A stretch of 64,000 nucleotides of DNA, taken from contig NC_042998.1 in assembly GCF_006345805.1 (NCBI RefSeq), positions 122,760,001 to 122,824,000 on the forward strand. Reading direction: 5' to 3'. A program made the translations under genes and the position numbers. Source of the DNA: Octopus sinensis. Its lineage: Eukaryota. Under the pieces are notes generated by a model. That model was not told where the DNA came from. It did no database searches and worked only from the letters and a program-made list of their open reading frames with translations. This document shows positions 1 through 13,989 of the stretch, in pieces. Position 1 is the stretch's first letter. Each line of letters begins with the position of its first letter.

Positions 1-85
1 TTAAAGTGCCACGAAGTGAGACTGAACCCAAAATCATGTGGATATATGGTTGAGAACCACAATACTCTACTATTCAGCCAAGCCT
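1..85 (-). mobile_element. 5' fragment of tRNA-derived SINE (same family as 52287-52750)
   Basis: aagtgccacgaagtgagactgaaccca is the approximate reverse complement of tgggttcagtctcactgcgtggcacctt at ~52345. Confidence 0.6.
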
Positions 86-111
86 AATCCCATGAGTGCA
101 AGTGTGCATTG

Positions 112-150
<39 letters not shown>

Positions 151-174
151 CCTACGCACGCACGCACATATATA

Positions 175-872
175 ATAGTATTTTATAAGCTTAATACTTA
201 TAGCAATCACCACGCAATCACTAAGGAAAATAGTCTAAATAATGGGTCATATAAGCTCTCGACAGAAAAAAGTAGGTTTTCCCGTACGCGTGGGACTCAA
301 CCACACATCCCTCTGTTTACACGTCTGTGTTACCGATTACACCAGCGAACGAACCAGTTTATTCCTGTCAAATTTAAGAACTATATTAATTCGTAGTTGT
401 TTTTGTAAACAAACTTACATGTGCTTTTACTTTGAATGGTTTTGTTAAGCAGTGAGTTTTACAAATCTGTAAACAATAATGGTATTTTATAAGCTTAAAG
501 CTTATAACGATCACCGAACAATGACTATGGAAAATAACCTAATAATGGGGCATATGAGCCCTCGAGAGAAAAAAGTAGGTTTTCATGTACGCGTGGGACC
601 AGAATCCACATCCCTTTGGTTTAGTTAAGGAAATAACAGGTTAGTTCGCTGGTGTAATCGGTAAAACACTGAGTCGCGTAAACAAAGGGATGTGGGTTCG
701 AGATCCACGCGTACGGGAAAACCTACTTTTTTCTGTCGAGGAATTATATGCCCTATTATTAAGAATATTTTCCTTAATCATTGCACGGTGATTGCTATAA
801 GCTTTAAGCATATAAAATATTCTTATCATTATTTACAGAATTGTAAAACTTGATACTGCTTGACAAAACCAT
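175..872. repeat. Three copies of a tRNA-like-headed repeat (175-350 -, 435-622 -, 641-872 +)
   Basis: Shared core aaaaaagtaggtttt(c)ccgtacgcgtggga. The + copy has A-box-like tggtgtaatcgg and B-box-like ggttcgagatcc. Confidence 0.65.
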
Positions 873-1040
873 TGGCAGTGAACGCATGTATATATACATA
901 TATACATGAGCAATTTCACTCAAAATATATTTCTATATGTAAATATTACTCTGCTATGAATTGATATATTTCTAGTGAGTGTCTCTGTATATATATATAA
1001 TATATATATGTGTGTGTGTGTGTGTGTGCATGTAAGTGTG

Positions 1041-1095
<55 letters not shown>

Positions 1096-2893
1096 TCCAC
1101 ATTTAGTTGTACGTATTATTCACATAATGTAGATATATAAAATTCGTATTAACACACCTATGCCACATGCATAGAAATATAAGTACTTGAATATATGTGC
1201 TTTCTTATAGCTATTGTCAGGATGTGTGTGTGGTGTGTCTTTGTGTGTGTTCGTGTGTGTTTGTGTGTGTGAGTATGGGTGTTTTATATTTTTTAAGAAG
1301 ATCACTGTAAGATAACTTAAACATTTGTATGATTTTCTTTAAGAAACATTTGGAGGAATATTGCTCTTCTCCATTAAATCTTCTAAGTCTAAATGGGAAA
1401 CATTTCTTTTTTTTCCTGCCGTATTTTTATTATAATATTTCCTTTTTATAAAATTCACTTTTATAATTTTACCTTTTACAAAGTAGAAAAATTTCAAAGA
1501 AACGAGTCAATGTAGAATATTTATGAAATAATGTTTTTTTGTATCAAAATATAATAAAAAAGTATCTTTGGCAGATAAAATATATTTTCAATGGAATGTT
1601 AAGAAACGCGAGTTGAAAATGTTTGTATTTCTCGAAGCTCCTCTGAGCTTACACTGTAATTACTGTCATGTTCTCGTTTGTCTACAGTTCCCTGTAATTA
1701 ATATCAGTGTAGTAAAGAATAGAAAGTTCGTGTTCGTGTTATTTTTTTCTGTATTGGGAAAGAAGCAGATATACATAGTAATCTGCAGAGAAAATAGTCT
1801 TTCATCTGTAATACTCTACTGTAGCCATTCCTGGGATAACATAGTATGCTTTTACATAAGCTTTAAAGTGTGAATGATGCTTTTGCATGCAAAATATATA
1901 TGAACCAGTACATTAGTCTATTTGTGATAATGCATAAAGGAAATAAAATACATTCTGCATTCGATAACTACTTGCAGGAAGAAATTTTGTATATTTTCCA
2001 GTAAAATAAGAGGAATGTTTGCTTGTGCATCGAGGGTGAGTTTACTAGAAACTAAATTACAGCATTTAGTTACTCTACACTTCTTCAAGCCCCCACCGTG
2101 AAGTTCTGTTGTACCACCTAAATTATAAAGACGGCACACTGTGAAAATAGTACGCCATATATAACAGTACTTTACACCAGAAACATTTGCAATTATTGTT
2201 TATGTAGATAGAAGCACATCACTTAGGTGGCCAAATAATAGTTGCTAGTCAATACTTCACTTGGTCACTGTAGTTGAAGACAGGAATGTCTAATGAAATA
2301 CGTTCTACGTCGAATAAGAAAATGCATAAAACTTGCTAACAGCAACCGTTACAAATTGATCATTTCTTCTACAGACACATTTTTCCTTGTACTTCTTCGC
2401 ATATTATATGTCACTCGACTTTCGTTATACTGCGGCAATATTATCCATAAACTCAAATTTTGATGAAATTTTATGCATTTCATGTAGCGCCTTTGAGTCA
2501 CAACTTTCAGAAGCACAGAAAAGAAAAAAACACTTCACGCACACACACACACACCACACACACAGATAAACACACACAAACCACACAAACGCAGATACAC
2601 ATATACACACGCATGCCCACACACACATACAAAGACACATTAGTTTTACATTGCTATGTGTATATTTGCAGTAAACCTTTTCAATGAGACATCATCTTCT
2701 ACAAGTTAACATATATGTAAACATGTGGAAAAATAAGACTGCATTTAAGAGGAAATTTCACATGAATCATTTTCCTGAGAATGCTTATTTGGCCTTTGAA
2801 TAACTGAAAAAAGCTTAGTTATCTACTAATATACCTTACAGCATTTGGAAATGCATAAAGAATGTATTTCATTTAGAATTATGAATTAAGATT

Positions 2894-2984
<91 letters not shown>

Positions 2985-2994
2985 TTGTGTGTAT

Positions 2995-3240
2995 GCGTGT
3001 GTCGCTTTTATCCTTCCTTCGAAACGTTTAGTAGATGAAACCTTAGCGACTGAAGAAGGGGATTTTTCGTTGTGCTTATTGTCCTGTATCTCTTTTTTTG
3101 CTTGTCTTGTTCCTTGGTTTGTGTCTATGTGTTTCGTCTCTCTATGTGTTCGACGTCTTTTTGGTGTCCTGTAACACATATATGCGTGTATATGTACATG
3201 TAGAGGTAGGTACGTACATATATGTTTATATATATGCATA
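2995..3240 (+). mobile_element. Fragment of Penelope-type terminal repeat, homologous to 40770-41010 (opposite strand)
   Basis: gactgaagaaggggatttttcgttgtgc...gtgtcctgtaacacatatatgc matches the reverse complement of 40780-40990. Confidence 0.5.
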
Positions 3241-3894
3241 TGTTCTATTTTATTAACATATAATATATATATATATATATCTATATATATAATATATATA
3301 CTTGTGTGTATGCGTGTGCTTGTGTATTTATACATGTATGGATATGCACAATTTGCAAAACAAAATGAATGCACAAGTTTAAGAATGGCGTCTTCTTATC
3401 ATTGATTTTCATGGACACTAAGATTACATGTTATTTAATTTTTGCATTTGTTTCAACCATATTTATTTTGCTTCTGGGTTTCCTTTTTATCTGTATATTA
3501 TTTTGAAGTCCGCATTGGTCTAGAAGTTGTATAAATTTTCAGAGGCTAATGAAGCAATCTTCAAAATCTTTAGAAGTCAGTAAAATAATTTTAAAACATA
3601 GAGACACCACTGAAATTACTTGGCAGTGACGGAGCAGGGAAACCGCTATTAAGCTATTTGGAATAAGATGAAAGATTTATGAAAAGAAGGCAGCCCTCAT
3701 AAAGCTCTTTCGTTACAATCAAATAGACGTATAAGCACGCATATACACAAATATGGATGTGATATTGGCGTTTTCCATCTATAATATGCAAACATGCAAA
3801 CATGTACACATAGATGTATATCTCTTTGTCTGTCTGTCTGTCTGTCTATCTATGTATGTATGTATCTATCTATGTATGTATGTATGTATGTATG

Positions 3895-3929
<35 letters not shown>

Positions 3930-4287
3930 TTATCTATTAGCATATGTGTATATACATAATACACACATATAATATACATATGAAAGTGCGTATTTACATA
4001 TGACATAGGATATATGATATATGTCTGTATATCTACGTGTGAATACGTATGTGTACGTGTGTATGTGTGTACGTATATAATGTTTAGGGGTATTAAATGA
4101 AGTAGCGACTGTCCGGTACATAAAGCAAATAACTCATTCTTGAAACATACTCCGGTCGCAACAACTGTAGTGGGATTTATATACATGCACACATAGATAC
4201 ATACATGCATGCATACGTACATTCATCCATCCATCCATGCATACATATAATTTATATATATATATATTATGCACACACTCACACACA

Positions 4288-4336
<49 letters not shown>

Positions 4337-4547
4337 ATTATTATTATTTTTGAGGGAATATTATTTCTAACTTACAGGAACAAATTCAATTCACTAAATC
4401 TAATTTCACAAAATATAATATACGTATATATAAATTAGAAAAACACATTTTATCAATTCAAAATGAACAATTAAATTACGTATATTTGCAATTACCTGGA
4501 ATTATATTTGTGATCATAAACAGAATTCCTTCTTGGACTGTATATAC

Positions 4548-4596
<49 letters not shown>

Positions 4597-4639
4597 ATAA
4601 TATAATATATATATATATATACATATATATATACACAAG

Positions 4640-5440
4640 TATGGAGGTTTAGTTCACAGGTGGTCTAAACGATTAGGTACGCTAGGGAAGTGCTGTAACG
4701 GATTACTGGACTTCAAGGTTATAGCTGAGACGGTAGTTATGGAGCCATTCCAGATTTCCGATGCAGCGGATATATAATTGTTAAAGAGGACAACAAACAT
4801 TAATGCAACGCAAACATCTCAAGTCATATAAGATATTATTACAGGAAGAAATTCAAAATTTTACAGCTGTTTCTGAGATATCCCCGAATATGGGATTTTC
4901 CTTCATCAGAGACAAATTGGAGATAAAAAATATGGAAAAGGAGAATGGTATATAGTGATATAGTGATATAGAGGAAGGGAGTAAAGAATAAGGAGATGGA
5001 AAGAGAGAAGAAAAAAGATGCATAAAAGTTCATAGTTCAACTTTCCGAAGAAACCAAAGCATGAGCCCTTAAGTGTAAACCTGCATATGTGCATGAGTGT
5101 AAGTCTTTAGGTGCAATCCTGCGTATTTCCATGTGGGTTAAAGTCCTTATATAGTAGACATCGCAAGAAAAAGACGCGAACGTATGAACGTTCAATAGCA
5201 GAATGGTAGCAGATGTAGCTGTTAATTGGCAAAAGTAGAGAAAAGAAAAGCAGTAGGAAAAGGGGTGGATAGAGTGTGGTAGGTGGATTTTAAGGATTGG
5301 CTATATGATAAGGTAATGTGTATATGTGTATGGTATCTAAAAATTATGCATGGAGTACCCGAGAAGATAAGAAAGAGGATTAGGAGGTAGAGGAAGACAG
5401 GGTAAAAACAATATAGATTAAACAGTAGATCGAAATGAAA
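4640..5440 (-). mobile_element. Penelope-like pseudo-LTR fragment carrying a hammerhead motif
   Basis: HHR motif at 4855-4918, CT-rich tracts on - strand, abuts (TA)n. Confidence 0.5.
4855..4918 (-). ncRNA. Type I hammerhead ribozyme motif (helix I imperfect)
   Basis: - strand: tgtct CTGATGA a ggaaaatccc atattc ggggatatctc a GAAA cagctg TA. Helix III ACAGCTGT is palindromic. Confidence 0.6.
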
Positions 5441-5474
5441 GGAATTCAAAGAGAGTAGTAGATACACACACATA

Positions 5475-5521
<47 letters not shown>

Positions 5522-5689
5522 CACACGCACGCACGCACACACACACACACACACACACACATATTTTTGATAAGTCATGTCCGTCCTGGCTAAGTTCAGT
5601 GGCTGTAGTGTTATTTTTAGCAGTTATTTTTATACTGTCTCCGATATATTATGAGTAAGGTAGCGAATCAATCAGTTTGGCAAGGCTAT

Positions 5690-5729
5690 TAGTTAATGGT
5701 TTCTGGGTCTTTACTTTTCATCAGTACTA
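5690..5729 (-). ncRNA. Degenerate hammerhead-like motif
   Basis: - strand: tagta CTGATGA aaagtaaagaccca GAAA ccat TA acta. Helix II is disrupted. Confidence 0.3.
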
Positions 5730-5876
5730 GACACCTGCTTGCCAGATATGGCAGTCACTCGTTTCTACATACAATATATAAACAGAGAAGTGGCAGACAG
5801 CAGTTGATCTCGTAACGAGAAAATTGTTATATCTAAAATCTCTGAAATCTTGTTAGCGTCTATTAATCTCATCTCG

Positions 5877-5947
<71 letters not shown>

Positions 5948-5953
<6 letters not shown>

Positions 5954-7080
5954 GAAATTTAAAGAAAAAAAGACGAAGCCAGGTGTATAACCACAAGTAG
6001 GTGTATCACTTTGAAGCCCGGGAAAGTGAGAAAGCCTTTTACGTCTCGAGTCTACGCTCTTCAGCAGGAAGGAACACGATGAAATAAACAAAGATAGAAT
6101 AAAACGACTTTTGAAGTTAGCGGTAAATCATGGCTGCTGGTTGGACAAAGGTAGTTAGACAGGAGAGTGAGGAAGAAGGTGAGTTAATAAAGTACTGGTG
6201 ATCCCAAAGCGAAGGTGCATGTAGTGTGTGTATGTGAGTGTGTAAGTGTGTGCCTGTGGAGTGGGCTGGTGACTTCGATGTGTGGATGTATGCTTGTGTA
6301 AGTGTGTGCGTCTGTAATCTGTGGGTGTGTGGATGATGGTGCGGATGCTGGGAAGTGGTCAGTTTGACATGGAGATGTGTGCGTGTGTGCGTGCGTCTGC
6401 AGTATTTGGGTGTGTGGATGATGGTGCGAGTGATGGGAAGTAGGCAAGAGCTAATATGTACGGATTGGTGTGGGGTGGTGTGATGTAGTGTGGTGGTGTG
6501 GTAGTGTTGCGGTCTGGGCTTGGGGTGAAGATGTGGTGGTGAGGATGTAGGGGTAGAGGTGAGGATGTGGTGGTAGGGTGGGATAGAGGGAGGTATCAAT
6601 GAAGGGAGAAGGTGGGTAGGAGTGAAGAGAGGTGATAGGTGTCAGAGCAAGAGAGGAGAGGTGGGTAGGGCTGAAGAGAGGAGAGGAGGGGAGTCAGATG
6701 AAGAGAAGAGGGGAGTTGAGCCCCTTTGGCGCAAAGGAGCGAAGAGAGAAAATTAATTCCTGTTCATGGCGAAGGCGGAAGTCCGGATGGCCCCTGTGGA
6801 AAGACAGTTCGAACACAGACAGGTGTTGTAATGAATGACCGGTAGAGCGGAAATGGCACACGACCGGGTGTGTCTTACATCTCGGAGGAGTTCAGAGAAC
6901 CAGGCAGCCAAGCGGTATCCCATTAAAATCAATGTACAGAGAAGGACGGAAAGAGCAGGATATGCAGTAAATGATGTTGCAAGAAATGCAGGTAAAGGAG
7001 TCACTGATGTGATAGGGATAATAATTGGTACCTGTGAGGATGTATATGTTGGACTGGTAGGGACAAGTGCGGCTTGCCCC
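5948..7080 (-). mobile_element. 5'-truncated Penelope-like retroelement (GIY-YIG end, 3' UTR, pLTR with degenerate HHR at ~6035-6070)
   Basis: GIY-YIG remnant at 6694-7080. Motif ctgctga a gag cgtaga ctc gagac gta on - strand. Ends in (TA)n. Confidence 0.75.
6694..7080 (-). pseudogene. Penelope GIY-YIG endonuclease C-terminal remnant (frameshifted)
   Basis: Across frames: TCPY...[24 protein letters not shown] / [17 protein letters not shown] / [15 protein letters not shown]...RLRHEQELIFSLRSFAPKGLN. Confidence 0.8.
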
Positions 7081-7105
7081 TACATACATACACACACATA
7101 TATAT

Positions 7106-7150
<45 letters not shown>

Positions 7151-7164
7151 CATACACGCAGATA

Positions 7165-7282
<118 letters not shown>

Positions 7283-7458
7283 TTTGATAAGTCAAAAATG
7301 AATAGATTGCATGTTATAAAGAAAGATAAAAACGTATGATTTATGAAAATAAACACAGGCATTCCTCACGCTACGGCTGCCACAGGTTACAGGATTTCGC
7401 GTTTCCAAAGAATATAGTTAACGATTTGAAAAACTATCAACATGGTACGGACATACAT

Positions 7459-7509
<51 letters not shown>

Positions 7510-8379
7510 TGCACGTATGTATATATAATGTACATAATGTGTGTATATCTACACATACACACATTCACAATCGCACACATACATATATATACACACATAT
7601 ATAAACACGCATATATATATATACATATATATATATACACGTCTATACACACCACACACACACACACAAACCCATGTGTGTACGTATACGTGCATGAGTG
7701 TTTCTATGAACCACACCAACACAACCACCAACAGCATCAGTAATATATTGTACGAAGTAGATAAGCAAATCCATTTGAAATAAAAACATATAATGTGATA
7801 TCCTAGAGTATTTTAAATGTTCAATGAAATGTCTTTGATCATAAGTCTGTGAAGATTGACGTGAAACTAAACAGCCGCTATGATACAATTAGCAAGAAGA
7901 ATATGACCACCACAACAACAATCCACTATCACTAACAACTAAACCAATTCAACCCACATCATCCTCACTACCAACCGATCAGCTTTTTAATCCAACTAGC
8001 TACAGCAGATATCAGTATGTACACCAACACATGTATCTGCATGAGTGCGTGTGTCTATGTGTGTACGCGTGTGTGTATGAGTGTTTGTGTATGAGTGTAT
8101 GTGTGTGTGTGCGAGCGTGTGTGTGTGCCTATGTATTGAGTCATAAGCGCAAGGGGCGAATTGCCTATAAAATCTGGTGACTCTTCAGCTAACTGTAATC
8201 ATATAGTACTTTATCTTTCCCAGCCCACCGTTTCATGTCATTTTCATTATTACATCCATAGGAATAAAGCAATTTTCCGCTCTCATAAAACAGATCTTTT
8301 TTGGGACAATTTATTTTTTACTACATTTTTGTTGTGGATAATTAATCACCGTTGCTGTTGGATTTAACTTCAATTTAAG

Positions 8380-9300
8380 ATGCCTGGAATTAAGCTACCC
8401 AGTAGAACTGAATGCAATAGTGCGAAAAGGAACCAGTAAAGGGATTACACTTGATATTAAACTTAATGCTTTAAAAAGACTTGATTCGGGAGAGAAACTA
8501 AGTTATATTGTCAAAATATTAAATCTTGCAACCTCTACAGTGGAAACAATACGTGAAAACAGAGAGAAAAGTGTTAAGTGCTCAACAAGCTACTCTCTTA
8601 ACTGCCAGGATCTTATTTTTCCATAGATCTAATGTAATACTTAAAATGAAATGACTATGATCGAGGATCAGAATCGGCGTAATGTCCCGATAAACACGAA
8701 GATAATTTTTTAAAATACCCAACGTTTATATGACGAGTTGCAGGAAAAGGAAGGTGAAACTTCTAATGAAAGTTCTTTTTTGGATATTAAAGTCTAGTTT
8801 GAAAGTTTTGAGAAACACATGAATTTGTACAAAAAAGAAAAAAATTACTGGTGAAACGGCAAGCGCTGGTACAGAGGCTGCTACTAATTATTCTGAGCAG
8901 TTAAGGAATTGATTGCTGAACGGGGATGCACACTCTAGAGCAGGTTTACAATGTTGACGAAACTGCACTTTTTCAGAAGCGCCTGCCTGCAAGAACTTTT
9001 ATTTCTCGAGACGCAAAATCGATATTTGGATTTAAAGCTTCGAAAAATCGTCTGACACTTCTGATGGGAGGAAATACTCCTGGTAATATGAAATTAAAGC
9101 CCTTACTCACGTATCACTCCGAAAATACAAGGGCCTTCAAGATTCACATGAAATTTAGTCTACCTTTGATTTGGCATTCAAAGAAGAAGGCATGGATGAC
9201 TGAGAACCTTTTCAAAAAGTTGTCTATAAACGTTTCCTGTCGTGCGGTAGAAAGGAACAGTGTCAGACATAATATTGTACCAAAAGATGATGCATCGTAA
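8380..9300 (+). pseudogene. Tigger/pogo (CENP-B-like) transposase pseudogene
   Basis: HTH-like RKGITLDIKLNALKRLDSGEK and DDE region VYNVDETALF...GFKASKNRLTLLMGGN...KLKPL...KKAWMT. Frameshifts and stops present. Confidence 0.9.
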
Positions 9301-10100
9301 ACAAGTTTGGATAAGTTCTTCTATAAGATAGCAAATTATAAGATCGTAAACTATAAGATAGTGAATTGTAAGATAGTAAAAGTTGTCTGTCATCTCCCAG
9401 TAACGCTCATTCTAAATCCACTCAACTGTAGCCAACTTTGTTTGTGGTAAGAATGTACCCTTAATATATTACAACTTTTATTAATTCTCTAATGCATTCC
9501 TTTTGAATTTTTTGTGTATTTATGTATCTATATTGTACCACGTACCTTTAGAAATTGCTTGTTTTCTGTTGTTTTCTTGTCCTTTATTTTTTCGAATAAG
9601 TCAGTAGGAACATAATGTCACTTTATAATACGAAAATCATTAGGAAAATTAATTTCGCATCACGAAATTTTGCGCTAGGGTCAGAATTTCAGGAACTTAT
9701 TACTTTCTGTATATGTTTGTATTTTTCTGCAATACAATCATTGTCAATATTTCATATAACTACGTTTCGATCCTCCTTAACTAAATATGTTATGAAATAT
9801 ACCAGCTATACAAATCAGTGATGTGAAAAAAATAGTGTGTTGCTTGCCTAATTAGTTTATCCAGTCTACCTACCATATATTATTTTACCTAAATTACTGA
9901 TAACCGTAAATAACATTCAAAGTAACTTTTTATGGTGCCAATATGAATAACTCTTATTTCTACCTAGAATATTTGAACGAATCGATACCAAGTTTTGTCT
10001 GTCATTTATCGAGTGTTGCAAGCTGATTAGTTGACTTCTGTAGAATTTGAACCAAGAATATAAGGATGATTGACTAAAGTAATGAAAGCAAATGCCACAT

Positions 10101-10490
<390 letters not shown>

Positions 10491-12252
10491 ACCAGCACAC
10501 ATCTGTGTACATGTGTGGCTGATTGTTTACCTCATTTTGCGTAAGCTATAGTAATACTAGACATAGTAATATTAGATACATATTTACCGTTTATATGTGT
10601 TTATATGTTAAGTTACACATTATCATATTTGCCTTACACTATATGACTTTTTGTTCGTAAGTAAATATGAATTATAGCGTGTCATAAAGCGAATTCGTAT
10701 CCACAAAAGGAAACAATGAAATTGTTGCTTCAAAATAACAATCCAACTTGATATGAAATATTGAGTTGTATTGTCAATGAAGCACCAAAGAAATTAGTTA
10801 GTTCGGGAAGAAATGGAAAACAACATATTTTGATTGAAAACAAGATAATTATTTAATGTTCATTATTCTTTTGCTTCTTTGCACTAATTAGTATGATTAT
10901 ATTTCTAACAACTTCTGTTTTTGATTCTCTCCTGGGAAAACATTTGAACTTCTTTGTTTTATCTTCATTTACAAATGTGTTTCTAGTAGGCTGTGAAACA
11001 ATTCAGCATGTCGTATCTACTCTGTGTGTTTGTAATTGTGCTTGAATGGTGTAGTGGTGTATGTATGCATGTTTTCTTTTATTGCGTATGAGTGTGTAAA
11101 CATATCAAAGTTTTGTATCTTGGCTGTAATAACGATAAATAAAAATATCAGTGTTTGATCTCGAAATTATCTGCAGCGGAAGCTGCATATTTCCAAAAGG
11201 AAGGAGTCATTACGTGATCACATAAACTAGACATAGTAGGCAGGTCCCCCTTAAATTACAGCAGGACATCTTAAATAAGGAAAAGACACGTGTAATTGAC
11301 GTAGTCCTACACGTAACTCTAGAAGGACTAGAATGCTATTTATTATATATATATGTTTGATCAGGATTTTAACTTAAGGCTACAAACGGCAAGAACAGCG
11401 AGAATTAATGTGAAGTCATTGAATCTAAGTGAGAATTTTTATACTTGTTTCTGTGTGGGAACGTCTGTCGGCGATAGAAATGAGTTTTGACTCAGTTGTA
11501 AACAAATTAGTTTCAACAAACTGTAGATGTAAACAACAATATAAAAGTTATATTTTACAGTTAATAAGACAATAATATTTTCGTTTTGCTGTGCAAGAAT
11601 CGAAGGTGTGGATTTCAAGTCTTTAGCAGGCGATTTTTCGTTCAAATCACAACATAATTCTTCACGTATTTCTTAACAACTACGAAAAGTGACTTTAAAA
11701 TTGCTAAAGTTAAATGTAAATGTAACAGAGAATATTTTTATTTCACCAGTCCTCTTATTTTTTTGCATGTTTTCCGTGCACAGGCGAGCACAGATTTATA
11801 CGTGAAAAGTATGTGCATTGTTAATTTCTGTGTTTATATATTACACAGAGAGCATTGACTACAGAATATGCGTAGGGTTTATTAGTGTTATGTTGCATAA
11901 AACATGGGATTTGGCTAATTTATTTTTCTCAAGGCACTATTTCATATGGAAATTGTTATCTTCAGTGCCTACGTTCTTATCTGTATTTCTCACTATTTAC
12001 AATTAGATATTTGTTCGATACATATTAATACTTGGATTTGGTACAGAAATTAGGAGGCACCACTCTTCTGGTTATCTTTGTCAATAACATCTGATCGAAG
12101 TGACATAATTTCAGTGTCCAACAATTTATATTAGTCATTATTAAACTGTTATATGTCATTATCAATTTCGAATTTTGAACTGTTTGGTTGTAGAAATCTG
12201 AAGTCCAAGTCAACACTAGACCCAGGTCTGTATGTATGTTTATACACCCACC

Positions 12253-12289
<37 letters not shown>

Positions 12290-12292
<3 letters not shown>

Positions 12293-13035
12293 AAAAAAGA
12301 AGTTTGAAAACGCCACTATATTAGATAAATTTTAATTTTCTTATGAATTTTATATGTTTCGGTTCTTGAAAAAACTAACCTTATCAAAAAAGTTATCAAA
12401 AGTGCAATGGAAAAGTTCATAATCGTTTCTTACTGGTCTCAATAGAATCCATGTTCTTTAAAAAACGAACCTTATCAAATATCTTATAAAAAGTGCAATA
12501 GAAAAGTTCATAATCATTTCTTACTGTTCTCAATAGAATCCATGTGGTGGCGTTTTGTCGGTAGTTGGTATAATCGCTATATTACTGTTGAGTGTAGTGA
12601 AGAAATCCATTATTATTTCTTGCTGGTATCAATATATATATCTAAAGGAAAAGAAAAGAAATGGAGCTGTAAAAAACTGAAAAGTGAATCATTGGTGTTA
12701 ATTATTTAATTGTAGTTCGCAATCATTTACAGCTGTTTCTGTTAATCAAATCGGAGTAAATTTACATTTACCTCCTTACATTTAACAAACATCTTCAGAA
12801 TGATTTTAAAGGGAAAAGAAAGGCAAATAAAAAGAAAAAGGGAGAAGAGTTCGTTAAGTCATTAGGCTTACATTTTAGTGACTTGTTGGGTTCCAAATGT
12901 TTGTAGTTTCCTTCATTAGATGCATGGGGCAGTAAGTAGGGACAATGACTATTTGACCGGTGGTGTTGGCCGAAGGAGTTATATAACTCCTTCTATCCCT
13001 TAGATGGTTGCATAACCTCTAAGTTATATCTTGCT
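12290..13035 (-). mobile_element. Penelope-like terminal sequences with ~90-bp tandem duplication and hammerhead motifs
   Basis: Duplicated aaaagtgcaat.gaaaagttcataatc.tttcttactg..ctcaatagaatccatgt (12370-12455, 12460-12545). HHR at 12721-12805 and a degenerate HHR at ~12345-12390. (TA)n on both sides. Confidence 0.55.
12721..12805 (-). ncRNA. Type I hammerhead ribozyme (intact-looking)
   Basis: - strand: aatcatt CTGAAGA tgtt...aaca GAAA cagctg TA aatgatt. 7-bp helix I, extended helix II, palindromic helix III, GUA cleavage triplet. Confidence 0.8.
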
Positions 13036-13045
13036 TTATATATAT

Positions 13046-13107
<62 letters not shown>

Positions 13108-13291
13108 TATATGTATGTGTGTGTGGTATGTGTGTATGTGTAATGTATTTATGTATGTATATACGTGTGTATGTGTGTGTTTGTGTTACTGTGCGTATGT
13201 GTACTTATATATCTCAGTTTTAGAGTTTTAATACCTCGATCTTATGACAAAATATATGAATCGATATAATAATGTCAAATATATATATATA

Positions 13292-13917
13292 CTAGCAGTA
13301 TCGCCTGGCGTTGCTCGGGTTTGTAAGGGAAATAACTATATAAGCATTTTTAGAGAGTTATAGCCAAAAAATAGCAAAAAATGCATTAAAAATGGAAAAA
13401 ATATGATGGTAAATTTTTTTTAAATCGTTGACTCATCGTAGACATTTTTAGAGAGTTACTTCCCTTATATAATAGCGAAAAAATGCATTAAAATGGAAAA
13501 AAAACGATGGTAAATTTTTTTTTTAAATCGTAGACTCATGTAGACGCTTTCTTAGCCATTTCTGTTTTGGTGTCTTCAAGCCATGAAGTCGTTGTTCTAA
13601 AAGAACGCTGGTCTCCTTGACAACGCATTACGACGTTGATTTCCTTACACTTCCTTCCTCACAGGTGGAGGTGTGAGCGTGGACGCCAACTCCGCCGCAA
13701 TCGACACACGAAAAATTATGCATTAAAATGGAATAAAAAATGATGTTAAATTATTTTTAAAATCGTAGACGCGCGCTAATATTCAGACGGGCTCGATATG
13801 AATCACGACTATAAGCTACCCGAATTTGGTTAAACTGCACCGCAAAATGTGGGTGTAGTTAGGAATCTAAATCGAAGGGGACAGACACTCACACAACTAC
13901 AGTTTTATATATATAGA
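13292..13917 (-). mobile_element. Non-autonomous Helitron-type element
   Basis: On - strand begins TC, ends CTAG after GC hairpin (cccgagcaacgccagg), inserted between A and T. Homologous to 16522-16916. Confidence 0.75.
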
Positions 13918-13989
13918 TATACATAGCGCAGTAGTGGTGAGATGTGACAGCAAAGAAAAGCATACATTCACTCTCTGCATGCAATTAGA

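Noticed and set aside
641-715. Functional tRNA gene
   Set aside because: Acceptor and anticodon stems do not pair properly, and it is part of a diverged repeat
2002-2035. 34-nt micro-exon (ttttccag ... gtgagt)
   Set aside because: Splice-like signals only, with no partner exon or recognisable peptide
3015-3062. Canonical hammerhead (GAAAC and CTGAAGA close together)
   Set aside because: Order and spacing do not allow helices I-III to form
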